Counted from the stretch's first letter, positions 10,087 to 20,102 are shown. The stretch: DNA of 64,000 nucleotides from Abditibacteriaceae bacterium (GCA_965277285.1 OZ255721.1:3200001-3264000), one strand, 5' to 3'. A program made the numbers and translations. The notes: generated from the sequence alone by a model not told the origin.

Positions 10087-11922
10087 ATGCTTTTTCGCAT
10101 TCAAATGAAACGTTCGCATTATGTGGGGGCGAGGCATGCCTCGCCCGTACGATGTCTTGCGCTTCTATGTCTGGTGATGTTTTGGGCTATTCCGTGTCGC
10201 GCGCAATTGGCGACTTCGTTTTACAACGTGACTGGCATCACGGCGACGAGTTTGCCGAACGCGGTACGCTTGACGATTCAAACTGATGGCACGGTTTATT
10301 TCGGCGGCGATCAAAACGATTTCATCAACTTCGACAACACGTATCAGCCGAAACCGGTACGTTCGTTTCGCTTGCGCGTTTTGGGCGCGCGCGCACGTCT
10401 TCCGGCTTATGTTCCAATCGGCCAATATCCGATTGATTCGGCCAGTGTGTCGATTGCGCCCGCGACTTTCAGCAATCCGTACTATCGCCAGGAAGCGCCG
10501 CAATTCGAGCCGCACGTCGACATCGAACTGCACTTTTACGTTCCTGTCACGGTGCAACGTTTCACGGTTCGTCCCAACGATTACGGCTTGCGCTTCAACG
10601 ACACGCTGGGGCCAAACGATGTCGCCGTCGATCCTTCGCAAGACGGTCAGGCGATTATCATTACCGTTTTTACTGACCGTGCCGACACGCGTTCCGCGCA
10701 AAACATCAAGCGTTCGCCAGTCGAAAACCAGAAACATCGCTTGCAAGTCACCGATTCGACGAATGCCAGTTCGATAGTGAACGTTCCAAACGCCGGTGAA
10801 AAACACTTTCGCCTGGACGCGTTGCATTCGCCTTTAAGCGCTGTGTTGGGCGAAGTCGCGCGCGTCACAGGAAGCGGGCTTTTCGCTGCGCCCGAAGTCG
10901 CCGACACCGATATGTCGATGCTTTTGCCAGATGCGACTTTGCCGCAATTTCTCGATGATTTGTCGCGTGGCTACGGAATGCAAATCGTGCCGCAAGAAGG
11001 CGGAAGTTTCGCAGTGGCGCGAGGACTTTCCGACGTTTCAAACGCTGCGGGCGCCAATTCGAGTACTGGAAATGCGACGACTAACACTTCGATCAGTGCT
11101 TCGGGCGCGTCGCAGGAATTGCCGTTGCAACGTTTCTCGTTGAAGTATTTGCAAGCTGACCGCGCGCGTTCTCTGTTGCCCGATTTTCTGCTACCTGCGG
11201 TGCGCGTCGATGAAGACAACAACGCGCTGTTGGTTTCGGCTTCGTCATCGCTGGCGCAGAAAATCGGCGACGATTTGGCGGTTTTGGATAAGCCGCGCGC
11301 GCAAGTTCGTGTCGAAGCCGATTTGTGGGAGTTTTCTTCGTCCGATGACGCCAACCTCGCGTTGCAAACCGTTTTCGCGGGTCGTAATTTTGGCGCGAAC
11401 TTCGATTCGCAAGCCGGTTCGCTGGCGATTCGTCTGGACGGAAACCGAGTGCGTCAATTTGCCGCGACGTTGCAGGCGTTGGGAATTCGCGGACGCGTGC
11501 GACTGCGCGCCAAGCCGTTTCTTGTCGTCGCGTCGGGCGAACACGGAACGCTCTTTTTGGGACAAACGCGTTATGTCACAATTTTCGATGGCTATCAGGT
11601 GAACGCGCTGCAACTGCAAGTCGGCACGTCGCTGGAAGTGACGCCGCGCGCCGGAGCAGGCGACCAGATCAGCCTCGATTTGCATCCGCGCTTTTCGACG
11701 GTGGACAACATTGACAGCAACACGCATTTGCCGACATTGGGCATCCGCGAATTTTATTCGAGCAATACGCTGCAAAATGGCGAGCAAATTTTAATCGCCG
11801 GCCTTGATTCCGATTTGAACGCACGCACGCGCAGTCGCGGCGCCTTGACTTTCGACACGACGCAGCGCAACCATGAAATAGCGAAATCCATTCTGCTCGT
11901 GACCGCCAGCAAAACCTCGTAA
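10087..11922 (+). CDS. Secretin-like paralog 2 (divergent, shortened C-terminus)
   Basis: LLPDFL..VRVDEDNNALLV and RAKPFLVVASG, VGTSLEVTP, GEQILIAGL align to paralogs 1 and 3; lacks the VPFxGDLP motif. Confidence 0.75.
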   Translation: MLFRIQMKRSHYVGARHASPVRCLALLCLVMFWAIPCRAQLATSFYNVTGITATSLPNAVRLTIQTDGTVYFGGDQNDFINFDNTYQPKPVRSFRLRVLGARARLPAYVPIGQYPIDSASVSIAPATFSNPYYRQEAPQFEPHVDIELHFYVPVTVQRFTVRPNDYGLRFNDTLGPNDVAVDPSQDGQAIIITVFTDRADTRSAQNIKRSPVENQKHRLQVTDSTNASSIVNVPNAGEKHFRLDALHSPLSAVLGEVARVTGSGLFAAPEVADTDMSMLLPDATLPQFLDDLSRGYGMQIVPQEGGSFAVARGLSDVSNAAGANSSTGNATTNTSISASGASQELPLQRFSLKYLQADRARSLLPDFLLPAVRVDEDNNALLVSASSSLAQKIGDDLAVLDKPRAQVRVEADLWEFSSSDDANLALQTVFAGRNFGANFDSQAGSLAIRLDGNRVRQFAATLQALGIRGRVRLRAKPFLVVASGEHGTLFLGQTRYVTIFDGYQVNALQLQVGTSLEVTPRAGAGDQISLDLHPRFSTVDNIDSNTHLPTLGIREFYSSNTLQNGEQILIAGLDSDLNARTRSRGALTFDTTQRNHEIAKSILLVTASKTS

Positions 11923-11938
11923 ACTTTCGCATCGAACC

Positions 11939-12022
11939 AACGAACCCGAAGCGTGAGCGACGGGTGAACTGCCAGTGTGATGTCGCTCTTACTTCACCCG
12001 TCGCTGACGCTCAGGGTTCGTT
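11939..12022. repeat. REP-like palindrome family AACGAACCC(T/G)(G/A)AGCGT..AGCGA; other copies at 13715-13800, 23784-23859, 29132-29199, 30370-30451, 39729-39795
   Basis: Six intergenic copies with about 25-30-bp inverted arms and variable loops. Confidence 0.9.
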
Positions 12023-12032
12023 ATTTATTCCT

Positions 12033-13712
12033 ATGTTCCAGTACTCAATTCGCCGTTTCGCCCCTTTGCTTTTGTGCATTCTGTGCCTTTTTGCGACTAA
12101 GAAAACGAGCGCGCAAAACCGTTCTTACACGACGATCAGCGCCGTGACAGTGACGCCTTTATCGAACGGCGTGCAGATTTCGATTCAGGCCGACGGCATT
12201 TTGCAATACACCAACCAGGATACGTATGGGCTGAAGATGCACCTTTATTTTCCGGGTGCGCGCAACGGAACTGGCAAAAACTTCTTCAACGTCAACAGTT
12301 ATCCGGTTTCTTACATTCAGCTTTCCACGCCTCAGGGCGCAACCAACGGCATCGGCTTGAACCTGGATATTTCCAATCTCAGCGCGACCAGCGCCAGCGT
12401 TTCGACCAGCGCCGACAGCCAGAGCGTCTTGCTGACGATCAACTCCGACCGCACGGTGGAAAGCGGACGCAAAGGCGGCGATTCGAGTACTGGAATTGGT
12501 GCCGCCACGACCAAACCCGACACTTCGACCGAAGTCCTTTATCAAAACGGATTGTTGACGTTACGCGCCGTGAAAGCCGATATTCACGAATTAATCGGCG
12601 GCATCGCGCGCAAAAGCGGCATTTCGGTCGCCGTTGATGATGCGGTTTCGCGCAAAGTCAGCCTTAATTTGAACAATGTTTCGGCTGAAGACGCGTTGCG
12701 CGACATCAGCACCGCCTATGGTTTGGCGCTGTCGCAAAACGATGGCGTTTACACCTTGAGTGAAGGCGTTCCGACCGATCTGGCGACTTACAACGCATCC
12801 GACACGCAATCTTTTCGGATGCAAAACACGCAAGCGCAAACCGCATCTGGCTTGTTGCCCAACTTCCTTTATTCGTATGTGAAAGTGAATCCCGAGCAGA
12901 ACGCGGTTGTCGTCACGGCGCCCAGTCAGATGCTGGCGAAAATCGGTCAGGATTTACAAAAAATGGATGTCGCGCCGCCGCAAATCGCCGTTGAAGCGAT
13001 TGCGGTTGAACTGACTGACACCAACGACCGCGCGCTGGGCATTTCCTTCGGCAACGCACAAAGCGGCTTCTCGTCCGCGACTGATACCGCTGGCGGAACC
13101 TTGTCCTACACCAACATCGGCAACCTGCCGTCGAACTTTCAATTTACCCTCAACGCGCTCGAACTTCAGGGCAAGGCGCGCGTGCGGGCGCGTCCTCAAA
13201 TGGCTGTGACAAATGGCCAAACCGCGAACTTGTTCATCGGCGCGCAGCGTTTCATCCTGACGCAATATAACCAATTTGGGCAAACGCAAACGCGCATTCA
13301 AAGCGTCGATGTCGGCGTCAAGCTGGCGGTCACGCCTTTGACGGGCGGCAACGGCGAAATCACGACGCACATCGTACCCGAAGTCTCGAACATCACCGAA
13401 CTCGATATACAAACTGGCTTGCCGGTTTTGTCCAGTCGCCGCGCTGATACAACGGTGCGCGTCAAAGACGGCGAAACGATTGCGATTGGCGGCCTGACTT
13501 TGGATCAAGAGCAAACCACAAAAAGCAAAGTCCCGTTCTTCGGCGATTTGCCTCTCATTGGCGGCCTTTTTCGCGGCAGCAAGAAAAACACCGTACGCAC
13601 CGAATTGGTCATCTTCATCACGCCACACATTCTGACGACTGCCGACACGACAAACACGAACGCGCCAACGCCAACATCGAGTACTGGAAACGCCATGAAG
13701 AATGGAAAGTAA
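12033..13712 (+). CDS. Secretin paralog 3 with AMIN-like N-terminal region
   Basis: Signal peptide; RARPQMAVTNG, DVGVKLAVTP, GETIAIGGL, KVPFFGDLPLIGGLF, ELVIFITPHIL. Confidence 0.88.
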   Translation: MFQYSIRRFAPLLLCILCLFATKKTSAQNRSYTTISAVTVTPLSNGVQISIQADGILQYTNQDTYGLKMHLYFPGARNGTGKNFFNVNSYPVSYIQLSTPQGATNGIGLNLDISNLSATSASVSTSADSQSVLLTINSDRTVESGRKGGDSSTGIGAATTKPDTSTEVLYQNGLLTLRAVKADIHELIGGIARKSGISVAVDDAVSRKVSLNLNNVSAEDALRDISTAYGLALSQNDGVYTLSEGVPTDLATYNASDTQSFRMQNTQAQTASGLLPNFLYSYVKVNPEQNAVVVTAPSQMLAKIGQDLQKMDVAPPQIAVEAIAVELTDTNDRALGISFGNAQSGFSSATDTAGGTLSYTNIGNLPSNFQFTLNALELQGKARVRARPQMAVTNGQTANLFIGAQRFILTQYNQFGQTQTRIQSVDVGVKLAVTPLTGGNGEITTHIVPEVSNITELDIQTGLPVLSSRRADTTVRVKDGETIAIGGLTLDQEQTTKSKVPFFGDLPLIGGLFRGSKKNTVRTELVIFITPHILTTADTTNTNAPTPTSSTGNAMKNGK

Positions 13713-13826
13713 GTAACGAACCCTGAGCGTTAGCGACGGGCTTACGTAACGATTACATTAAATTGTTACGTAAGTCCGTCGCTAACGCTCAGGGTTCGTT
13801 TATTTAGCGACATCGAGTACTCGATT

Positions 13827-15116
13827 ATGAAAAAGCCTTCCGGCAAGAAGTTGTGGACTGTCACGGGTTTATCAATCGCGCTGATTGGCGGCACGGCGGT
13901 GTGGCGCAATGCCATCAATGCCGATCCGCAAATCGTCATTCCGCCCTATCCCAAAGCGCCCACGCCGAACGGCTTCGATGTTTACGTCAAAGCCTCGAAA
14001 ATGATCGCTCAAACGCGGCCTTATGTGGACGAAGTGGACGATCCAAAACCGCCGAGCGATCCGAAAGTGCGCGCGCAACAATATTCGCTGGCTAACAAAG
14101 AAGCGTGGCTCAAACGCAATGCCGCCGGTTTTTCCCTGATGCAAACCGCGCTGAAGATGCAAAGTCAATATCCAGATTACCGTTCGACGCTTGGCCCGCT
14201 TCCATTTCACCGTTTGCTACGCGAATTGGCGCGCTGCAAAAGCGTCGAACGTCATGCACGCGAAATGCGCGGCGATTGGAATGCTGCCGTCCAAAGTCAG
14301 ATAGATACGGTTCAAATGGGCAACGACATGGCGCACGGTGGAAATGTGGATGCTGGCCTCGTGGCCTTTGCTATCGAAGGCATTGGGCGCAGCGAACCGT
14401 GGAAAAGTGTCGAACGCTTGAACGCCACGCAAGCTCGCGCTGCCTCCAAACGCCTGGAAGCGATTTACGCGCGGCGTATCACCTACATCGAATTGGTGCG
14501 GGAAGAGAAATGGCGTGCGCTCGCTTCTTTAATAACCATTTTTCACGATACAGATTCCAGTTGGCGCGCGGTGAGCAATTGGAACGACAGTCCATCAATT
14601 GTTGACCGAATCAAAATGTTCTGTCTTTCCAAACGCGCGGTTGTGAACAACACGATCCAACGCCTGGACGCACAAATTGCCAACGCGCAGTTGCCTTATA
14701 CCTCGCCTTTCAAGGAATTGCCGTCAGGCGATCCGATTTCGGCAACGGTTGCCTACGATTTTGGAAAAACGTTGCGAACGGTTTTCGCGCGCAATGACGC
14801 GGGAAACGCCTTGTGGCTAACGACATTGGCGTTGCGCGCCTACAAACTCGAGCACAACGCTTATCCGACAAAGCTGCAAATGCTGGTACCGAATTATCTC
14901 AAACAAGTTCCCGCTGATCCGTTTGGCGGTGGCGAAGCCTTGCGCTATAAAATCGTTGGAAACGGTTACCTTTTGTGGAGCATCGGGCCGGATGGAATTG
15001 ATAACAATGGCACGCCGGTTTCGTGGCCTGCGTCGGCTTCGGCAGAACGCCGCAAAAAATTGCCGCAAGTCCAGTTCGACAGCAAAGGCGATTATGTGGC
15101 GGGCAAAAACCGCTGA
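13827..15116 (+). CDS. Membrane-anchored hypothetical protein with GspG-like C-terminal motif
   Basis: N-terminal TM; LALRAYKLEHNAYP..L..LVP.YL...P.DPF...Y...LWSIGPDG resembles the T2SS pseudopilin G C-terminal domain. Confidence 0.6.
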   Translation: MKKPSGKKLWTVTGLSIALIGGTAVWRNAINADPQIVIPPYPKAPTPNGFDVYVKASKMIAQTRPYVDEVDDPKPPSDPKVRAQQYSLANKEAWLKRNAAGFSLMQTALKMQSQYPDYRSTLGPLPFHRLLRELARCKSVERHAREMRGDWNAAVQSQIDTVQMGNDMAHGGNVDAGLVAFAIEGIGRSEPWKSVERLNATQARAASKRLEAIYARRITYIELVREEKWRALASLITIFHDTDSSWRAVSNWNDSPSIVDRIKMFCLSKRAVVNNTIQRLDAQIANAQLPYTSPFKELPSGDPISATVAYDFGKTLRTVFARNDAGNALWLTTLALRAYKLEHNAYPTKLQMLVPNYLKQVPADPFGGGEALRYKIVGNGYLLWSIGPDGIDNNGTPVSWPASASAERRKKLPQVQFDSKGDYVAGKNR

Positions 15117-15152
15117 CGCTACAATATCGAGTACTCGATAGGCGAGGTGCTG

Positions 15153-15488
15153 ATGAAATCATTTGATGCCAAGTTCGATTTCAACAAAGTGTTGCGCCGA
15201 CAACCACGAGAAGTGCGCCGCGCGGCTTACCGTTATTACTTCTGGCAAATGCTGCGGCTTTGGACTTGGTGGCTGGGCTACATTGGAATCAGTTTCGTCT
15301 TCAATCTCAGCCAACAATTGGCCAGTCGAGTTTGGAGAAACGGAGTTCTTTGGGAATCATTAGCGCCGATTGTGTGTACGATCATTTATTTTCAGGTTTG
15401 GCAACATTTCTTCGTTGATCCACAAATGAGACGAAAGATGCATGATTACTTGCGTGAATACAAGATTGCTGGCGCAGATTTGCATTGA
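15153..15488 (+). CDS. Hypothetical membrane protein
   Basis: GAGGTG RBS-like sequence upstream; two hydrophobic segments. Confidence 0.55.
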   Translation: MKSFDAKFDFNKVLRRQPREVRRAAYRYYFWQMLRLWTWWLGYIGISFVFNLSQQLASRVWRNGVLWESLAPIVCTIIYFQVWQHFFVDPQMRRKMHDYLREYKIAGADLH

Positions 15489-15623
15489 CAACGCTTGGAG
15501 GTTGCGTTAGAATGTTGCTTCGCGCGTGACGAGTAATGCGTCTTTTCTTTTGTCTTCCGAAGTGCTTGAGACAGCGAATCGAGTACTCGAAAAGCGTGGA
15601 AATGTCTTGGTGGAAACGCCATT

Positions 15624-15696
15624 GCCAGCGTAGCTCAGTTGGTAGAGCAGCGGTTTTGTAAACCGCCGGTCGCGGGTTCGACTCCTGTCGCTGGCT
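15624..15696 (+). tRNA. tRNA-Thr(TGT)
   Basis: GCCAGCG/CGCTGGC acceptor stem, anticodon loop TT-TGT-AA, GTTCGA T-loop. Confidence 0.95.
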
Positions 15697-15704
15697 TCCA
15701 AAAA

Positions 15705-15763
15705 GTTCTCAGTTTTTAGTTTTGAATTCTTCGTTGAACTTCTCAACTCGAGATTGAGAATTC
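15705..15763. repeat. Heptameric AT-rich repeat hairpin (TTTTRAG / CTYAAAA family); also 15860-15933, 16270-16328, 33093-33164
   Basis: Tandem 7-mers followed by their reverse complements, each copy next to a tRNA. Confidence 0.75.
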
Positions 15764-15769
15764 ATAAAC

Positions 15770-15852
15770 GCACAGGTGGCCGAGCGGTTAATGGCGTCAG
15801 ACTGTAAATCTGATCTCGAAAGGGTACGGCGGTTCGAATCCGTCCCTGTGCA
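15770..15852 (+). tRNA. tRNA-Tyr(GTA)
   Basis: GCACAGG/CCTGTGC-A, TCAGA-CT-GTA-AA-TCTGA, long variable arm. Confidence 0.95.
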
Positions 15853-15938
15853 TTGCAGAAATTTTCGATTTTTAGTTTTTAATTTTGAGTTGACGTAGAT
15901 AACTCAAAACTGAGACTTGAAAATTGAGAACTCATTAA

Positions 15939-16010
15939 GCCGCTGTAGCTCAGGGGCAGAGCACCATCTTGGTAAGATGGGGGTCGAGGGTTCGAATCCC
16001 TCCAGTGGCT
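15939..16010 (+). tRNA. tRNA-Thr(GGT)
   Basis: GCCGCTG/CAGTGGC, CCATC-TT-GGT-AA-GATGG. Confidence 0.95.
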
Positions 16011-16108
16011 TTTCAGTGGGAGCGAGTTCGTCCTTTCGCTCGTTTGAAGTTTGTTTTGGTCTGTTGAATCAGTCCGTTGAAGTTGTTGAATTGGAAGGAG
16101 TTGTTAAA

Positions 16109-16270
16109 ATGGCATCTAAGAATCAGACAACGTTGTCGATGGCGTGCGGCGATTGCAAAAGCCGCAACTATCAGACTTCGAAGAACAAGAAAAATGTGAA
16201 AGATCGCTTGCGCTTGAAGAAGTTCTGCCCCAAGTGCCGCGCTCACACCGAACACGCGGAAACACGATAG
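16109..16270 (+). CDS. rpmG: 50S ribosomal protein L33 (Zn-binding form)
   Basis: [46 protein letters not shown]. Confidence 0.97.
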   Translation: MASKNQTTLSMACGDCKSRNYQTSKNKKNVKDRLRLKKFCPKCRAHTEHAETR

Positions 16271-16337
16271 TTCTTAATTTTGAGTTCTCAGTTTTAAGTT
16301 TTTAATTGAGAACTCAAAATTGAGAATTATGTAAGAT

Positions 16338-16410
16338 AGGCGAGTAGCTCAATTGGTAGAGTTGCGGTCTCCAAAACCGTCGGTTGCAGGTTCGAGTCCT
16401 GTCTCGCCTG
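16338..16410 (+). tRNA. tRNA-Trp(CCA)
   Basis: AGGCGAG/CTCGCCT-G, anticodon CT-CCA-AA, canonical position before secE. Confidence 0.95.
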
Positions 16411-16495
16411 GAAAAATAATCGCATCGAGTACTCGATAAAGAGGCTCGATGTCGCACACTCGTTTTGTCGTTTGAGTGGGAGAGGCATTCGTTTT

Positions 16496-16834
16496 ATGGC
16501 CATCGTTCGCACCACAACCAAAGATGTCGGCAATTCTGCGCCCAACGGCCAGACTGTACCGGCGAAAACCAAGCCCATCGCGGGTCGTTCGGCGCCTGTG
16601 CTGCCCAATCGCACGCTCGCGCCGCGACCAGCTAATGCGGGTTCGTTTCTCGAAGAAACGCGCACCGAACTGTACAAAGTGAAGTGGCCGACGCGCGAAG
16701 AAGTGCGCTCGGGCACCATTGTCACGGTCGGCTTGCTGGTTTTCTTCGCGTTTTATATCTTTGGGGCGGATTACATTGTGAACTGGCTATTCCACGTGCT
16801 GGGACTTTACGTCGCGGCGCCTTCTCACCCATAA
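16496..16834 (+). CDS. secE: Preprotein translocase SecE
   Basis: ELYKVKWPTREE followed by a single TM helix; position. Confidence 0.93.
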   Translation: MAIVRTTTKDVGNSAPNGQTVPAKTKPIAGRSAPVLPNRTLAPRPANAGSFLEETRTELYKVKWPTREEVRSGTIVTVGLLVFFAFYIFGADYIVNWLFHVLGLYVAAPSHP

Positions 16835-16952
16835 AAAGTCGAATTAATCTGGTTTTCGTTGTTTTTATGGCGCGGCTTTGTTTTGTCGCGCCTGTCGCAA
16901 CGGATGTTTGTTGTTAGGGTCTTTGTTGTTCATGTTTGTCGCAGGGAGTGTC

Positions 16953-17492
16953 ATGTCCAAGCACTGGTATGCCGTGCATACGTACGCCGGTCAGGAAGAG
17001 AAAATCAAGATGAACCTGGAGCGTCGCATCGAAGCGATTGGCTTGAAGGATCGTATCGCGCGCGTTTTGGTGCCGACCGAAGACGAACACAAGATGCGCG
17101 GCGCGAAAAAAGTCATTGTCAAGCGCAAGGTGTTTCCAGGTTATGTTCTGGTCGAAATGGAAATGGACGACGAAACCTGGCATTTCATCCGTCAAACCGT
17201 TGGCGTGACGGGTTTTCTGGGGCAGGCGACGGGAACCAGCAAGCCAGCGCCGCTGCAGCAGCACGAAGTCGATGTGTGGCTGGGCAAAATGGGCGAAGCC
17301 GCGCCGCAACGTCGTACCGCTTTGTTCCACAAGGGCGAACGCGTCAATGTGATTGGCGGCCCGTTCAACGGCAGCGAAGGTCGCATTGAAGATATTAACG
17401 TGAAGGGCGAAAAACTGACGGTAATGATTCCGATCTTCGGGCGCGAAACGCGCGTTGACTTGGACTTCTCGCTGGTCGAACGCCTTAGTTGA
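16953..17492 (+). CDS. nusG: Transcription factor NusG
   Basis: WYAVHTYAGQE, FPGYVLVEM, GVTGFLG, KOW GGPF, IFGRET. Confidence 0.97.
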   Translation: MSKHWYAVHTYAGQEEKIKMNLERRIEAIGLKDRIARVLVPTEDEHKMRGAKKVIVKRKVFPGYVLVEMEMDDETWHFIRQTVGVTGFLGQATGTSKPAPLQQHEVDVWLGKMGEAAPQRRTALFHKGERVNVIGGPFNGSEGRIEDINVKGEKLTVMIPIFGRETRVDLDFSLVERLS

Positions 17493-17504
17493 AACAGATT
17501 TTGA

Positions 17505-17686
17505 ACCGCGAAGGACGCGAAGGACGCGAAGAGAAAGAAGAATTGAGTACTCGAGAGTGCAAGTTTGTCATTCTGAGCGAAGCGAAGAATCTGGTTGAAG
17601 TTAGATTCTTCACTTTGCTCAGAATGACAGATTGACAGCTTTATTGTTTTCTTCTTTCTCTTCGCGTCCTTCGCGTCCTTCGCGGT
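17505..17686. repeat. Nested repeat: (CGCGAAGGA)n outer arms, palindrome variant at 17543, inner TGTCATTCTGAGC REP (17566-17629)
   Basis: Inverted arms visible; same architecture at 62771-62936. Confidence 0.85.
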
Positions 17687-17705
17687 GAATCAATAGGAAA
17701 AAGTC

Positions 17706-18128
17706 ATGGCAAAGAAAGTCACAGGTTTCATCAAGTTGCAGTTGCCCGCAGGTGCGGCGACTCCGGCGCCTCCGGTTGGCCCGGCGTTGGGTCAGCACGG
17801 CGTCAATATCATGCAGTTTGTCAAAGCCTACAACGAACAAACGGCGGCGCAATCGGGCACCATCATTCCGGTCGAAATCACGGTTTATCAGGATAAATCG
17901 TTCACCTTCATCACCAAAACGCCGCCCGCTGCTGCGCTTTTGAAGAAGGCCGCTGGTCTGGATAAAGGAAGCGCGAATCCGTTGAAAGACAAGGCCGGTT
18001 CGGTCAGCGAAGACAAACTGCGCGAATTGGCGACCTTGAAGATGCCCGACCTGAACGCGAACGATGTTGAAACCGCGATGAAGATCTTGGCGGGAACGGC
18101 GCGCTCGATGGGCATTGAAATTAAGTAA
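17706..18128 (+). CDS. rplK: 50S ribosomal protein L11
   Basis: [29 protein letters not shown]. Confidence 0.99.
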   Translation: MAKKVTGFIKLQLPAGAATPAPPVGPALGQHGVNIMQFVKAYNEQTAAQSGTIIPVEITVYQDKSFTFITKTPPAAALLKKAAGLDKGSANPLKDKAGSVSEDKLRELATLKMPDLNANDVETAMKILAGTARSMGIEIK

Positions 18129-18206
18129 TTGACGGTTGGAGATTGGCGATTATCGAGTACTCGATGCGTCAGTCGCTCGAACAACTGTCAGTTGGAGCAG
18201 GTGATT

Positions 18207-18911
18207 ATGGCGAGAAAACACGGAAAACGGTATCGCGCGCTGGCTGAAAAAATCGCGTCGAACGCCCTCTTCGCGCCGAGCGAAGCGGTCGATCTGGTTA
18301 AGGGCGCAGCGACTGCCAAGTTCGATGAAACAATTGATGTCACAGTGATTTTGGGTATTGACCCGAAGAAAGGCGACCAGCAGGTGCGCGGCACTTTGAC
18401 TTTGCCGCACGGAACCGGCAAAACGCCGCGCGTCATCGCGGTTGCCAAAGGCGAAGCGGCGATGGCAGCCGAAGCCGCCGGTGCCGATGCGGTGGGCGCG
18501 GAAGATTTGATCGCGCAAATCGAAAGCGATGCAGTGCAGTTCGATGTTCTGGTGGCGACGCCGGACATGATGCGCTTGCTGTCGCGCCTGGGCAAAAAGC
18601 TGGGGCCGAAAATGCCGAACGCGAAAAGCGGCACGGTCGGGCCGGATTTGGGACGCATCGTCGCGGATCGCAAGAAAGGCCAGGTCGAATATCGCAACGA
18701 GCCGAAAGCGGCGGTAGTGCATTCGGTGATCGGAAAAGCCAGTTTTGAGCCGGTTCAATTGCAGGAAAATCTGGTGTCGCTGATGGACGCTTTGCAGCGC
18801 GCCAAACCGTCGAGTTCCAAGGGAACGTATCTCAAGGGCATCACGATTTCCTCGACGATGGGGCCTGCCGTTCCGGTTGATCCCGCCAAACTGCGCGGAG
18901 GTGTTGCGTAA
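18207..18911 (+). CDS. rplA: 50S ribosomal protein L1
   Basis: AKFDET, QQVRGT..LPHGTGK, ISSTMGP. Confidence 0.98.
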   Translation: MARKHGKRYRALAEKIASNALFAPSEAVDLVKGAATAKFDETIDVTVILGIDPKKGDQQVRGTLTLPHGTGKTPRVIAVAKGEAAMAAEAAGADAVGAEDLIAQIESDAVQFDVLVATPDMMRLLSRLGKKLGPKMPNAKSGTVGPDLGRIVADRKKGQVEYRNEPKAAVVHSVIGKASFEPVQLQENLVSLMDALQRAKPSSSKGTYLKGITISSTMGPAVPVDPAKLRGGVA

Positions 18912-19441
18912 TGGTCGCCAAGAAATATAAGAACAAACCCGCGCTCGTCGCCGAATTACATGAAAAGTTGGGACGCGCTTCGGCGGTCGTCGTGACCGAA
19001 TATCGCGGCCTCAAAGCGGGCGATTTGGTGAAACTTCGTTCGGGCTTGCGCGAATCTCAAATCGAGATTTTCGTGGTCAAGAACACGTTGCTGAAACTGG
19101 CGGCGGAAGGCACAACGGCTTCGCAAGTCGTCGGCGAACTGAGCGGCCCGACAGCCGTTGCGATTGCTTACGGCGAGCCGACGGACGCTGCTAAAAAGTT
19201 GTCGGATAACGCCAAAACCTTCGAGCCGTTCAACCTCAAGCAGGGCGTTGTCGAAAAGATGGTCGTGGACGAAGGCGGTCTGGCGGCGTTGGCGAAAATG
19301 CCAGGCAAAGCCGAATTGCAATCGCAGTTTGCGGGAAGTCTGGAAGGCTTTATCGGCGAGTTTGCCGGTTTGGTAGATTCAGTCATCCGCGAGTTTTACG
19401 GCTTGGTGGAAGCGCGCGAAGAACAGTTGCAGGCGGCGTAA
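18911..19441 (+). CDS. rplJ: 50S ribosomal protein L10
   Basis: EYRGL, VVKNTLLKLA, LSGPTA; TAATG coupling to rplA. Confidence 0.96.
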   Translation: MVAKKYKNKPALVAELHEKLGRASAVVVTEYRGLKAGDLVKLRSGLRESQIEIFVVKNTLLKLAAEGTTASQVVGELSGPTAVAIAYGEPTDAAKKLSDNAKTFEPFNLKQGVVEKMVVDEGGLAALAKMPGKAELQSQFAGSLEGFIGEFAGLVDSVIREFYGLVEAREEQLQAA

Positions 19442-19446
19442 ATCGC

Positions 19447-19519
19447 GTAAGGACGGCAGCTTGCTGCGTCCGCTATGTGAAAGTTTGAATTAGCGGACGC
19501 AGCAAGCTGACGTCCCTAC
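19447..19519. repeat. GTAG-type REP doublet (REPIN-like); related elements at 38444-38532 and 50073-50182, single unit at 10123-10150
   Basis: GTA(G/A)G-headed palindromic units in inverted pairs ending CCCTAC. Confidence 0.75.
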
Positions 19520-19709
19520 AAAGTGTTGCACTTAAATCGAATTGAACCCGCGAAGTCTGCGGTTACAAGAGTTGGAAATGAGACGGGCGCTTAATGAGGC
19601 CGACCGCGAGCCAAAGGTGTGAAACGACAATCGAGTACTCGATGATGAGGAAAAGTTGCGTTCTGCGGCTCAAAATTACGACGGTCGTCCAGCGCAGGAG
19701 AAAATTGAG

Positions 19710-20102
19710 ATGGCTACAAGCGAAAAAGTATCACAGATTTTGGAGCAACTCGACGCGTTGACGTTGCTCGAGTTCAACGAACTCAAAGAAGGCTTCAAAG
19801 AAAAATACAACGTGACGGCGGCGGTCGCGGCGGTTGCTGGCCCGGCGGCTGGCGGCGGTGGCGAAGCGGCTCCGGCTGTTGAAGAGCAGACCGAGTTCAC
19901 GGTTATCATCAAGGATGCCGGTGCGCAGAAGATTCAGGTCATCAAGGCCGTGCGCGAAGTCGTGCCGTCGTTGGGCTTGAAAGAAGCCAAAGATTTGGTG
20001 GACGCCGCTCCCGGCCCCATCAAGGAAGGCGTGACCAAGGAAGAAGCGGCGACGATGAAGGAAAAGCTGGAAGCCGCTGGCGCCCAAGTCGAAATCAAGT
20101 AA
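19710..20102 (+). CDS. rplL: 50S ribosomal protein L7/L12
   Basis: [34 protein letters not shown]. Confidence 0.98.
   Translation: MATSEKVSQILEQLDALTLLEFNELKEGFKEKYNVTAAVAAVAGPAAGGGGEAAPAVEEQTEFTVIIKDAGAQKIQVIKAVREVVPSLGLKEAKDLVDAAPGPIKEGVTKEEAATMKEKLEAAGAQVEIK

Noticed and set aside
15147..16410. Prophage or integrative element at the tRNA cluster
   Set aside because: No integrase, phage genes or duplicated tRNA 3' ends seen
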